NCBI GenBank assembly: GCA_002269645.1 | Contig: NIVC01003921.1 | Coordinates: 1 to 64,000, forward strand | DNA: 64,000 nt | Origin: Macrostomum lignano | Lineage: Eukaryota | Direction: 5' to 3' | In this document: piece after piece, positions 52,195 through 64,000 of the stretch | Layout: every line of letters begins with the position of its first letter | How positions within the stretch are numbered: the first letter of the stretch is position 1 | Translations under genes and position numbers: made by a program | Notes under the pieces: model-generated | Databases searched by the model: none | Told to the model about the DNA's origin: nothing | What the model saw: the letters and a program-made list of their open reading frames with translations, nothing else

Positions 52195-53547
52195 CCGCTA
52201 ATAACGATAGTGACTCTCCCTTGGACCAATTTATGAGCAAAAGCAATCTTCTTGAGGGACCTCTGACAGTAAAAAAATATACATTTCGCTAAAAGCCAGT
52301 TGAAATTTTTCAGACTGTTAGCACTAATTCTGCTCGAGGTGCACTCACAAGGTTATCAAGCTATTATTTTTAAAATGCTACCCGGAGACGGGCAAGCAAG
52401 CAAAGTTCCGAAAAATTGCAGCTGCTCCTGTCTCTGTGGTGTTTTTTTTCCAGACGGATTTGTCTATGGCCAAATCCTAAACAGCGCTGTGCGAAACAGC
52501 AATTTTTTGCGAAATTTCGAGTGCAAAGCTGTGAGTGCACCTTGCGATGCAGCGGTCTTCTGCTTCAGTTGTCTTACGAAGATGTATAGCACTTCACAAA
52601 GATTTGTACATTTCTAATCTGAACTTTCGAAGAATTACTTCGAAATTAATTCAAGTGAACCGTTCCTGTATCTTACGAGTAGTTTAGCACGTTCATAAAA
52701 AATCAAAAAATAATTTTTTACCCTTACTACATACTACTCAGCCTAACAATTAGCAGCATGCGGTTTGAACTGAAATAAAGAAAGAAATCGTCCTCAAACT
52801 GACATGATACTTCTTTTTCTGCAACTAGTAATCTGTTACAATACTAGTACTGCGATTGCATCTGCTTTATTTTAAATATTATAGAATGCAAATTCGATAA
52901 ATTAACAACTAACCAATGAACTAAAGATGAAACTTATCAACGCGCATTGGGAGGCTGGTGAATCGGCTGCTCTTAGACTAGCAGCGCCATGTAGCAAAAG
53001 CACTGAGTCTCACGACTCACACATGCCATTTTTAGAGTGCATATGTTCTTAAGCTACTTTCAATTCAGTAGTATCATCCTTTCAGACTTTTTATTATATA
53101 TTTCTCTGCCCCCAATTTTATTGCCGGCCGTCCTGACTTGGGGTGGGGGAGGGGGTAAAGCTGCCATGTACATTATCTTGCCGCACTGGCTAATGTACAT
53201 TGTTCCCGCGCTGATAACAAAGTGTGTCACGTGATTCTCTCTCCCTTCCACCCTTCCACCCCGCCGCCTAAATTTTTATTGCCTTCCTTGGTATTCCAGC
53301 CTAGAACTGCTATGATATGCACATTGCAGTGGTGCTGGCTAATGTACAATATTATGGATGAACCAATTAGAAAGTTGTTTACGTCTACAAGCTTTTTTGG
53401 GTTCAAAACCTAATCGAGTCATCATACTAACTGGCGGCTCAACTAGTTATCTTAGTATCTGGTTGGGGAAAATAGCTACAAATTTCTAGCACTTGCTACT
53501 GAATGGGAAGTAGCATAAAACATGTGTGGAAAAATTCGGTTGCTAAA

Positions 53548-54117
53548 TCAAGCGGCAGCGGATTCGGCCTCCTTGCCAACGTAGAAGCTCTGCCGGAGAC
53601 CCAGCATGCCAGGCTGATATTTCGGCGGCGGCTGGGCCACCTCCGGCCGCAGGTCGGTCAGCATGCAGCGCTCGCGGAAGGCGGCCAGCTGGTTGCGAAA
53701 TTTGGCCCGTTCCCGGCGGCGCTTGGTCTGGCCGGGGCCTTTCAGGTAGGCCGGCGGCGATCGGCGCTTAAGCTGCAGCAGCCGGCCGCCCATGTAGTAG
53801 GTGGCCAGGTCCCGCAGCCGTTCAGCGCCGTCCGAGTCTACGTCGTCCGAGGCGTCCTCGGAGCCGCTGTCGGCGCCGCGCACCTGACCATCAGAGGGTG
53901 AGGCGAGCACCCGTGGCCGATCGCCGACGAATTCGACAACGTGCAGGCGCTCCCGATCGGCCAGGTGCTGAAACGATTCCTGCTGGCGTAGGATGCGAAA
54001 GAAGGCGCGCATGATGGCCTTGTAGTTGACGCTGCCTTCCACCTGAGGTTGTGGGGGGAGAGGGAGGGGTATCACGATGGCTGCAACAGAGCACTTACGG
54101 TGGCTGGATGGATAGAT

Positions 54118-54161
<44 letters not shown>

Positions 54162-55659
54162 TTAGATAGATAGATAGATAGATAGATAGATACTAGACAG
54201 GCAGACAGTCCTGACCTTAGCGTACAGATCCTCAATGCCGATGACCCGGCAGACCTCCTTGATGAGCCGGTGGCAGCGTAGGCCGTAGCCGGGCTCCTTG
54301 GGCAGGGCCACCACGCTAGTGGCCAGGTGCTTAGCGTATCCCGGATGCCACAGAGTCCGGCCGCCGTCGCGCAAATCAAAGAACTCCAGCCGCTGGCCAG
54401 CCCTGCTGTTGGCTTTGCGCAGGGCGGCCTGTCTGTTAGGCGACTTGCTGACCGCGTAGCCACCCAGGCCGCGCCGGTTGCCGGTGACCACCATGACCGA
54501 GAAGCTGGGGTAGCGGCCGAACGTGGCCGTCATGTGCGACACCATTCGAAACTCCACGATTCGCGATTCGAATCCGTCGAACGCGTAGTCCAGCACCGGC
54601 TGCGGCGGCTCGATCCGCTGGCCGCCCATCTGCGGGGTTGCGGCGCGAGGGTGTTTATTGACTGCCCTATCCCTTTAAGTTGCAACTATAGTACTGTAGT
54701 TACTATAGTAATAACTGGATGGGCCATTTGGGATAGCGATATTTGCCAGCTAGACATTTTCAGCTTGAAATTTACCAGCTAGACATTTGCCAGCTAGAGA
54801 TTATTCAGCTAGACATTTGCCAGCTAGAGATTATTCAGCTAGACATTTGCCAGCTAGAGATTATTCAGCTAGACATTTGCCAGCTAGAGATTATTCAGCT
54901 AGACATTTCCAGCTTGAAATTTACCAGCTAGATATTTGCCTGCTATAAATTTGCCAACTGGAGATTATTCAGCTAGACATTTGCCAGCTAGAGATGATTC
55001 AGCTAGACATTTCCAGCTTGAAATTTACCAGCTAGATATTTGCCTGCTATAAATTTGCCAACTGGAGATTATTCAGCTAGACATTTGCCAGCTAGACTGG
55101 ATTTAGTTATGTGCAAGTTTAACTCACGAGTCAATTGAATGTATGGGCTCTACAGCTACATATACAGCCTAGTTAGGTCTTGACATAGAAAACAGACACC
55201 CACCTGACCGCCGGACCAGCCGCGCAGCAGAGGCGGCTGCTTCAACCTGCCCCGCTTCTTGCCCTGCTTGTTTCGCATCTCCAGAATTCTTTCATTGTAT
55301 TTCTCCATGTCGAACTGGCCAGGCTCCGGGCGTTTCAGCAGGCCTTTGCTGTCTGTGAGGCGGCCCTGCAGCACCGGGATGACCAGGCCCTGGGTGTTCA
55401 CGCCCAGCTGCTGGCCCCGGTTCAAGTCAATACGGGGCCGGGTGACCCGGCGCTTGCCTCGGCTTCGCTTTTTCTTCTGGCCGGGCGCGCCGGTGACACC
55501 GATCCACAGGCGGTCGGAGTCGTACAGGTTGCGAGTGAAGACGCTGGAGCAGCGGCTTAGCACTAAACTGGACTGTTTAACTGCACTGAATGCGCCGGCT
55601 GAGGGTGCCGAGGCTCGGGATACAAGGCTGCTCAATGCTGTGCTCAGCGAGCGGAGCAT
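53548..55659 (-). CDS. MRPS5: 28S mitochondrial ribosomal protein S5 (uS5m), 454 aa, 3 exons
   Basis: Exons 55659-55204, 54629-54216, 54042-53548 (all phase 0). Transit-like N-terminus; RGKRR..[87 protein letters not shown] match MRPS5 motifs. Confidence 0.93.
54108..54192. repeat. (GATA)n microsatellite
   Basis: About 20 GATA units in MRPS5 intron 2. Confidence 0.97.
54740..55100. repeat. 15-bp array with 30-bp dimer
   Basis: CAGCTAGACATTTGC alternating with CAGCTAGAGATTATT, in MRPS5 intron 1. Confidence 0.92.
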
Positions 55660-55789
55660 TTCACCGGCATCAATAGCGATATTAACATAACAGGCCTTAA
55701 GTAGGATCTTACGATACAATAGAATTAAAAACCATATTCAGTAAAACCTAAACACCCGATTTGAAAATCGAAATACCCAATTTAAAAAC

Positions 55790-57010
55790 CATATTTAATA
55801 GAATCTAAACACCCATTTGAAAGAATCTAAACACTCATTCGATAGAATCGAAACACCCCATCTGAAAGAATCTAAACACTCATTCGATAGAATCTAAACA
55901 CCTATTCGATAGAATCTAAACACCCTATTCGATAGAATCTAAACACCTATTCGATAGAATCTAAACACCCTATTCGATAGAATCTAAACACCCATTCTAT
56001 AGAATCTAAACACCCTGTTCGATAGAATCTAAACACCCCATTCGATAGATTCTAAACACCCCATTCGATAGAATCTAAACGCCCTATTCGATAGAATCTA
56101 AACACCCATTCTATAGAATCTAAACACCCTGTTCGATAGAATCTAAACACCCCATTAGATAGAATCCAAACACCCATTCTATAGAATCTAAACACCCTAT
56201 TCGATAGAATCTAAACACCCCATTAGATAGAATCCAAACACTCATTAGATAGAATCTAAACATCCCATTCGATAGAATCTAAACATCCAATTCGATAGAA
56301 TCTAAACACTCATTAGATGGAATCTAAACACCCATTAGATAGAATCTAAACACCTATTCTATAGAATCTAAACACCCTGTTCGATAGAATCTAAACACCC
56401 CATTAGATAGAATCCAAACACCCATTCTATAGAATCTAAACACCCTGTTCGATAGAATCTAAACACCCATTCTATAGAATCTAAACGCCCTATTCGATAG
56501 AATCTAAACACCCATTCTATAGAATCTAAACACCCTGTTCGATAGAATCTAAACACCCCATTAGATAGAATCCAAACACCCATTCTATAGAATCTAAACA
56601 CCCTGTTCGATAGAATCTAAACACCCCATTAGATAGAATCCAAACACCCATTCTATAGAATCTAAACACCCTATTCGATAGAATCTAAACACCCCATTAG
56701 ATAGAATCCAAACACTCATTAGATAGAATCTAAACACCCCGTTCGATAGAATCTAAACATCCCATTCGATAGAATCTAAACACTCATTAGATGGAATCTA
56801 AACACCCTGTTCGATAGAATCTAAACACCCCATTAGATAGAATCCAAACACTCATTAGATAGAATCTAAACACCCCGTTCGATAGAATCTAAACATCCCA
56901 TTCGATAGAATCTAAACACTCATTAGATGGAATCTAAACACCCATTAGATAGAATCTAAACATCCCATTCGATAGAATCTAAACACTCATTCGATAGAAT
57001 CTAAACACCC
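55790..57010. repeat. 24/25-bp minisatellite, about 1.2 kb
   Basis: GATAGAATCTAAACACCC(C)ATTC-type units, about 50 copies, upstream of MRPS5. Confidence 0.95.
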
Positions 57011-57959
57011 TCAATTTTATGCAAGCACTATATGTGATGAAAATGAAGAGTGCGAGCACTTTAATAAATCATAAGCGAAACAGAAGACTTAGTAGACACT
57101 GGCCGTGTGTATATGCAGAATTGCATTGAAATTAATTTTTTTAGTTTAATAAGGTAAATAATAAACATATTTAATCAGCCAATAAAATAGATTAACAAAA
57201 AACTTATCTGCACACAATTAGAATATATATATATATAGAAGGGACGTCAAAAAAGTAAGGAGGCGCTGAACTTTAGTAAATAGGCGACTATTATTTGCAA
57301 GCTATAGTAAGCATCATTACTTATTATCACGAGTAAGTCATTTTTTGTATGCAGGTATATATTACACAGATTAACAACTGTACCCATTGACAAGTGAAAA
57401 TATAACTGAGAATTGAATTAACGAATGATATAATTTATAATAAATAGTTAGTAACGAGTGAGATGTCAACTAATGAACTCAAAAAAATAATAAAGTGAAT
57501 TGAAAAATAGAAAATATGTTACATCATTGAGTAGACATCTATTGGATACTTGCAGTGTTGAATTGACACGAAATTCTATGTAGATATTGTCACTGATACT
57601 ACTGAATGCCTTGCATGAGTAGTATGGATCGGACAGTAGTAAATTTGTAAATTCACGTTTGCAACGAAATCAAGAACTAGCGAGTGAAGAGTGTATTGAT
57701 GCGCAAGGAAACACCGTTCAATAAAAAAACGCGAAATCATTAAAGTACAAAAATAGCGTTAATAGTCAATATATAAGCAAGTTAGTTTAGAGACGGCAAG
57801 GATCAAAGGAATACAATTTATCAATCATTAATAATTAAGAATTTAACTTCAATTTTCATGTTGAGACAAATGAATCTACAAACTCACGGAGGCGCAGAAG
57901 GCAAAGGACTAACTAACTGAGTACTGTACACAAGGATGTAATCAGCTATGCAGCCGGGC

Positions 57960-58887
57960 CTACTTGATCGCTAGTTCGTCGAATTTTCGAAGTAGATCGT
58001 CTCGGTCTTTGTCTCGCTTGCGCTCCCTGGAATAATAATAATAATAATTGATTACACCTGCCCTAATGGGCAGCTGTGCAACCGACAGCTCAGCCGCAGC
58101 TATTGCGCGGCGCATCTGAAGGCTGCGTACGGCTGTTCAGTCCAAAGAGTGGGGGTCGCCACACACCCTCAATTACCCCAGCTAATGCTGGCACCCATTT
58201 TACAGCTGGGTGAACTGAAGCAATGCAGAGTTAAGTGTCTCTTGCTCAAGGACACAAATTGCTCCGAGTGGGTCGAGAATCGAACCCCCGACCTTTCAGT
58301 TGTGAGTCCGACGCTCTGACCACTAGGCTGCAACCCCCTTGAGCTATGAGAGGCTGCAACCCCCTTGAACTATGAAAGGCTGCAACCCCCTTGAAATATG
58401 AGAGGCTGCAACCCCCTTGAAATGAGAGGCTGCAACCCCCTTGAAATGAGAGGCTTCAACCCCCTTGAAATGAGAGGCTGCAACCTCCTTGAAATGAGAG
58501 GCTGCAACCCTGGAAAGATGCGGTAAGTAATGCTTGCAGGAGGGGGTGCCATCAGCGCTATCAGAGTTTCTACGATTCACTCCGTTAAAATAAATGAAAG
58601 CTTCAACTCACTTTTGTCGTTCAGCTTTGTAGGCATTGGTGAGATCGTCAAACAGCTTCGTATTCATCTCCATAAAGCCTTTAAGCACATTGTACACCAG
58701 GGCTACAATAGTCTGGTTCCAGTGCTCGCGCGAGATTCTATACAGAGCAGGGAACAGGATAGGCATCAGTACTTCGTTGTTCTCTTCAACTAGCGACATT
58801 ATGTACTCATTGTTCCAGTAGAACAGAGACCGCTCGGCAACCTGAAGGTAAAGATCAGAGCAGCTCAGCGGTAAAACGCGTCCGACA

Positions 58888-58939
<52 letters not shown>

Positions 58940-61900
58940 TCCGTGCGTTTGGGGCTTGTGGCAGGAAAATTGTGCTCCCTATGAAAAATTGGCCCGAATT
59001 TTCGCCCGAAAACATATGAAATTGGGCCCGGAACTTTAAATTTGCGGGTGAAAACTAAAAAAGTGGTAGATTCACCCGGAAAGCACGCCGACAAAACGTT
59101 TGAAACTAAATCGGGCGAAAAAGCGGGACTTTCGCCCGGAAAGCGGGGAAAGCAGAAACCCAGACGTGTGGGTCTCTAGCCCGTTTTTTTCTAAAAGCGT
59201 GTCCTGAGGGACTTTGACGTGACGATGCAGATTAAAAATGGGTTTAAATCGATATAGCTGAACGAGTAGGAAGCTAGGTGCCCAGGTTCCAAGATTCAAC
59301 CGTACATGTATGTTTATTATTTTAAAAAGTACGATTATAGGAGTTTATATATCGATCACAAATGGTGGGAAATAATGTGTCGAAATCATTTACAATCGCT
59401 TACTATAAATACCTGTTTCTGAATAAGCTATTCACAGGCTAAAATCTATTTTTTATTAAGTATTTGCTGTGCTTTTCACTCTTTCATTGCGCTGACCAAT
59501 GTGAAAAAAGCTAGGAAACAATTTTGCTTGTTTTTTGTTACCCGAAAAAAATTTAAATTTCAGACGCCACGTTTTCAGAACTTCGATATGTGCTAGCTAG
59601 TGAAGCGTGTTTTTTTACTTTTTTATTAATTTATCATAATCTAACAGAAAAAGTTTATTTAACTTCAAAAATAGTCAATGTGAGGTATTTCACTAAATGA
59701 GTCAATAGCAAGGACTGACCCCCTGCCCCTGCCCTGGTTCAGGAATTGGCAGTCACATAGTAAATTATAATTTAATTAAGTCCAGTAATTAGCCTATTTA
59801 TTTATTACTTAACGTTAGTAAAAATAGAAAATAATTTAGAAAACTTATCCTAATTAATATTTCACCTATAATAAAGATAAGTATTGTATATGAGCACAGA
59901 GAGCTTGCTGAATGGTAAAAAGTTTTAGAACATAAGTAACAAATCAATTTAAAAAATCATTTATAAAGTTCAAATATAAAACTCTGAGTAGCATTAATAT
60001 AATTTTTTCTTTTTCAAGTTTGTAGTCTATATAGTACTTTTTTAAAAGCTATGTACTCACATTATTTTTTAATCTGAATGCTTTTTGTATTTTATTTAAT
60101 ATAATTTTGATAACTTATTATATTCTAAGGGAACCTAAAGCCTAGAACTGAGCATTTTTCAAGGAAGCTAATAACTTGAAAAAGTTTTGCAATTTAACAT
60201 ATTCCCAGAGATAGCTCGTAAAGGCCCTTTATATCTTATAAATAAGCCTTCCTTTTGCTCTTATATGAATTTTTTAGATCTAATAATCTGAATATGTTTT
60301 GTAGAATAAACATTTACCATCAGATTTAACATTCCAAGCACTGTACTTATACCATTATAATTAAAGAAAAATTATTAATAATCAATTTTGTTGCCTTTTA
60401 ATTTAGGTTTAGATTTTATTGCTCAATAAACAGAATTTTAGCATCATCATCATACCATGCTCCTAAGTCATTTATGCTATGTATACATGCCCCTCAGCCA
60501 AGTTTTCCTCTGGCCATTAATATCTGATGACCTTGGGACTGCTAAGCGTCGTCGCCGGGACTATGCCGTCACTACAGGACTGGTGTTAGGCGACATACTC
60601 CAGCCCAGGACTGGTGTTAGGCGACATACTCCAGCCCAGGACTGGTGTTAGGCGACATACTCCAGCCCAGGACTGGTGTTAGGCGACATACTCCAGCCCA
60701 GGACTGGTGTTAGGCGACATACTCCAGCCCAGGACTGGTGTTAGGCGACATACTCCAGCCCAGGACTGGTGTTAGGCGACATACTCCAGCCCAGGACTGG
60801 TGTTAGGCGACATACTCCAGCCCAGGACTGGTGTTAGGCGACATACTCCAGCCCAGGACTGGTGTTAGGCGACATACTCCAGCCCAGGACTGGTGTTAGG
60901 CGACATACTCCAGCCCAGGACTGGTGTTAGGCGGCATACTCCAGCCCAGGACTGGTGTTAGGCGACGAAGACCAAACCAGGTGATGTTTTCGTTTTTTTG
61001 TATTGTAGTGTTGTTTAAAACGTTATTGACGCTTTTCTGCAACTGCGCCCCCTTCTACTCCAGGTGCGCTGCTTTGAGTAGCTGGCTAGCAAGCCAGCCT
61101 AACTGGTGCTGCAGCATCTCAGCTGCCAGAATCTGCTGTTACGCCACCCAGTACCAGGCTCACGACCAGTGACACCGCTGACATGTTCAATCAAGCGCAG
61201 TATCGCATCCTGTCGCTCGCTGAGTTATAAATCTATACTTAAACTTTGAACTTATGAATTTCTATCGCATTTGCTTTTGTTCTACACTGATTTGTTTTTT
61301 TCATTGCTTCGTAATGTGGCTGCGACTGGGAGGGAGGGATCTCGAAGTCACCTTAATTTGCACCAGACCCCATTACTGATTCGGTTCTTCCTATCCTTCC
61401 GAATGTTGCTATTTCCCCCTCACATCGTTTCTCTCCTTTCTCCATGGTCGCGCTAATACTTTCCCTATCTTAGCTATTTCACATGTGCATTCTGTGTGCA
61501 CCCCTCTCCTTGCACTCTGTGCCTTAGATCTACCTCTTTTCAGTCGCAAACGTACTAGTATATTTGGTCATTTCTTAGCTGCAAATGCCCTATAAATACA
61601 GTTAGTTATTTCTCCTTTTTATGGTTTTCTTCAGAATTTCTCTACGTCAAGCCCCTTCATGTTATCTTCTTTACAACTTTGTTTGTTTCTGTTTCGATTC
61701 TTTTCTTAACCCTCCTTTGCTTTTATTACTTTAATGCTTTAATGCTTTTGCTTACTGAACGTATTGAATGCATTCATTAAATATTTAAATAAACTATCGC
61801 GCACACTTTTTCTTATTATGTGGCCAAGCTTAAACATTTCTATCTAGATCTAGATTTCTTATTGAATCCCTCCAGAATTGCCTTATTTTTCTTCTCGATA

Positions 61901-63875
61901 CATGTAGCTCTCTTGGAGGGGGTCATTTAGCTCGTACATGCAAAATCTTCCTATTCAACTAGATACAAGTTTTATTGCAGTATGAAAAGTGGCAGTCACC
62001 GTAAAGTTTATGCCCTCTAAAAACGTACTATAATATCGTGACTATCACTAAGACCAAAAGCAGGAAATATGACCAGCTCTTCGGGCCGGATTTGCAAGCA
62101 AAATATCGGTTAACTGGCCCGGATTTTTCGGCGCAAAATAATTCTGGGTGAATCGCCCGTAAATATTCGGGTATAAATGCGGGTGCATGCACGGGTGCAT
62201 CGCCCGAAAAACGAACTTTTCGTAACGATTCCGGGCCAGTAGCCCGGCAAGTTTTTACACCCGCAAAGTGCTGACGATTTCGGGTGAAGAGTAGGGTGAA
62301 AATTCAGGTCAATTTTTCATAGGGCTTGAAAGCCAGCCCCCAAGGCGAAGAGAGTGTACATGTACATGCCTGATGATTAAACCGTCCTGTTGCTGTACAC
62401 CCTGTGGGCAGAATTGTCTCAGCAGCACTGGGGTTGTAGGACGATATTGTCGAAGACGTTAATATATCCTGCAAATATAATATTTTGCCAGTCTAGCAAA
62501 GAAGCCTAACATACAATACTTTGACCCTAATAATTCCTTTCTTAAAGGAGCCCCAGAAGACAAAATGAAGCCACTGCAGTGAACAAAAATGATTTATTAT
62601 TAGCTAATTAAGCTACTAATAGTAGACAGAAAGAATTAATGTTCTTTAAAAATACTTTAAAAATACTTGACACTTTGCACCTTAAGCATATGCACAATTT
62701 GCTCACCTGAAAGTGCGAACTGCTCACGGACTTGGCAATCTGTTTGAACAGAGGCCGCATAATTTTCTCAAACTGAGCGGGCTCGATAACATCAAGAATC
62801 TCCTCAATTTCTCCTAGGAACATGATCTCCTTGGAGCTCACTGTTCTAGGCCAGAATTTGAGCAGTCCGAGCACCACCTGCTCGGTGAGGCTGGAGTCCT
62901 TCTCAAGGAACTGCACAACGCAGTAGGCCAGCTGCGCGTGAAACATTCCCAGGGATTTGGCCTTGTGCAGCGGCATCAGCACCTTCGCTAGGAACTGCTT
63001 GTGCTCGGCCTTCAGAGGCAGGGCGAACCCGTTGATGATGCTGCCCAGAATCTCCAGCAATTCGCCTACGCCATTAAACATTTCAGTCTCGTAGATGAAG
63101 CGCAGAAATATGTTATTAATCTGCTTGCGTATGAAAGCTCGAAGCCCGAGAAATTTGCCATAGATTCGGTGCAGCACCGTCTTGAGGAAGTCGCGCTCGC
63201 GCGGATCCTCGCTATCGAAAAGCTCGAGCAGCTGCGGGGCATTGATAATTGCAACTACTCACTGATTGCAGTCCGGTCTGGATTCATGGCAACTACTCAC
63301 TGATTGCAGTCCGGTCTGGATTCATGGCAACTACTCACTGATTGCAGTCCGGTCTGGATTCATGGCAACTACTCACTGATTGCAGTCCGGTCTGGATTCA
63401 TGGCAACTACTCACTGATTGCAGTCCGGTCTGGATTCATGGCAACTACTCACTGATTGCAGTCCGGTCTGGATTCATGGCAACTACTCACTGATTGCAGG
63501 CCGGTCTGGATTCATTGCAACTACTCACTGATTGCAGGCCGGTCTGGATTCATTGCAACTACTCACTGATTGCAGTCCGGTCTGGATTCATTGCAACTAC
63601 TCACTGATTGCAGGCCGGTCTGGATTCATTGCAACTACTCACTGATTGCAGTCCGGTCTGGATTCATGGCAACTACTCACTGATTGCAGTCCGGTCTGGA
63701 TTCATTGCAACTACTCACTGATTGCAGGCCGGTCTGCAACCGGTCTAGACTTATCAAGAATCTATACACTCGAAAGCCTTACCTGCAGAACAAATCTCTG
63801 ATCAATGTACTTCTTAGCCACGGACGGTTGGAAGTCGGGCGATTCCAAAACGCGCAAAAAGAATTCGTACACAAA
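57960..63875 (-). CDS. PPP2R5: PP2A regulatory subunit B56/B' (PPP2R5A/B/E-widerborst-like); 3' exons only, 5' part lies beyond the window
   Basis: Exons 63875-63783 ([31 protein letters not shown]), 63231-62707 ([31 protein letters not shown]...SSSHFQ), 58841-58612 ([13 protein letters not shown]...[15 protein letters not shown]...KAERQ), 58026-57960 ([22 protein letters not shown]). Phases consistent. Confidence 0.96.
58031..58338 (-). mobile_element. tRNA-headed CORE-SINE (MIR-like), family B copy 2
   Basis: On minus: GGGGTTGCAGCCTAGTGGTCAGAGCG...GGTTCGATTC head, CORE-like GTGTCCTTGAGCAAGAGACACTTAACTCTGC..CAGCTGTAAAATGGG, and an (ATT)n tail. Confidence 0.88.
58325..58510. repeat. 24-26-bp array overlapping the SINE 5' end
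   Basis: GAGGCTGCAACCCCCTTGAAATGA units, about 7 copies. Confidence 0.85.
58891..58936. repeat. (CT)n microsatellite
   Basis: About 23 CT units near the acceptor of B56 exon 58841. Confidence 0.97.
58977..62324. mobile_element. 3.35-kb non-autonomous TIR transposon (CMC/EnSpm-like ends) in B56 intron
   Basis: TIRs CCCTATGAAAAATTG(G/A)CC(C/T)GAATTTTC / AAAATTCAGGTCAATTTTTCATAGGG. CT dinucleotide on both flanks. Subterminal GCCCGAA/CCCGG repeats at both ends. AT-rich interior with no transposase ORF. Confidence 0.75.
60575..60970. repeat. 31-bp minisatellite inside the TIR element
   Basis: Unit CAGGACTGGTGTTAGGCGACATACTCCAGCC, about 12 near-perfect copies. Confidence 0.96.
62332..62408 (+). 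mobile_element. SINE family A short internal fragment
   Basis: CCCCCAAGGCGAAGAGAGTGTACA..TGCCTGATGA..GCTGTACACCCTGTG matches the hairpin core of family A. Confidence 0.5.
63251..63740. repeat. 38-bp intronic minisatellite
   Basis: Unit GCAACTACTCACTGATTGCAGTCCGGTCTGGATTCATG, about 13 copies filling most of B56 intron 63232-63782. Confidence 0.96.
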
Positions 63876-64000
63876 CTGAAAAATTAAAGTTAAAAGCAAA
63901 ATTTTGTTCAGTTTATCGTTAGAAAGCAGAAATCATTGAAAATGGCTCCAGGCAAAGGGACATTTTCTGGTGAATTAAATAGCGATTCCTAATGAAGTGA

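Noticed and set aside
58265-58338. tRNA gene candidates (also 41698-41770, 2461-2530, 32595-32664)
   Set aside because: A/B boxes are present but acceptor stems do not pair, and each continues into a SINE body and tail.
60575-60970. Regular 31-bp repeats resembling a CRISPR array (also 63251-63740 and 4435-5100)
   Set aside because: Head-to-tail repeats with no unique spacers, no cas genes and a eukaryotic intronic context.

Overview
Animal genomic DNA with GT-AG introns, not prokaryotic. The minisatellite-packed introns and GC-rich exons suggest an invertebrate such as a Macrostomum-like flatworm, but this is inference. Genes recovered by manual splicing: a head-to-head pair of full-length, divergent type IV collagen genes (alpha1-like on minus, 6269-16757; alpha2-like on plus, 17866-33933); a CP2/LSF transcription factor (TFCP2-like, minus); a tentative orphan spliced gene with a DMAP1-binding/SHOCT-like C-terminal hairpin (plus); mitochondrial ribosomal protein S5 (minus); and the 3' part of a PP2A B56 regulatory subunit (minus). 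Non-coding space holds about 30 tandem arrays, two tRNA-headed SINE families (one a MIR-type CORE-SINE), several TIR elements, and Penelope-like and LINE RT remnants. Most notable: (1) a local domain near 41.7-44.4 kb where repeats show RIP-like CpA/TpG-to-TpA decay; (2) both collagen IV chains carry about 17-18 N-glycosylation sequons, mostly in the collagenous region, and appear to lack the NC1 lysine used for the sulfilimine cross-link; (3) a SINE tail directly abuts a splice acceptor. All alignments and counts were done by eye, and repeat boundaries are approximate.
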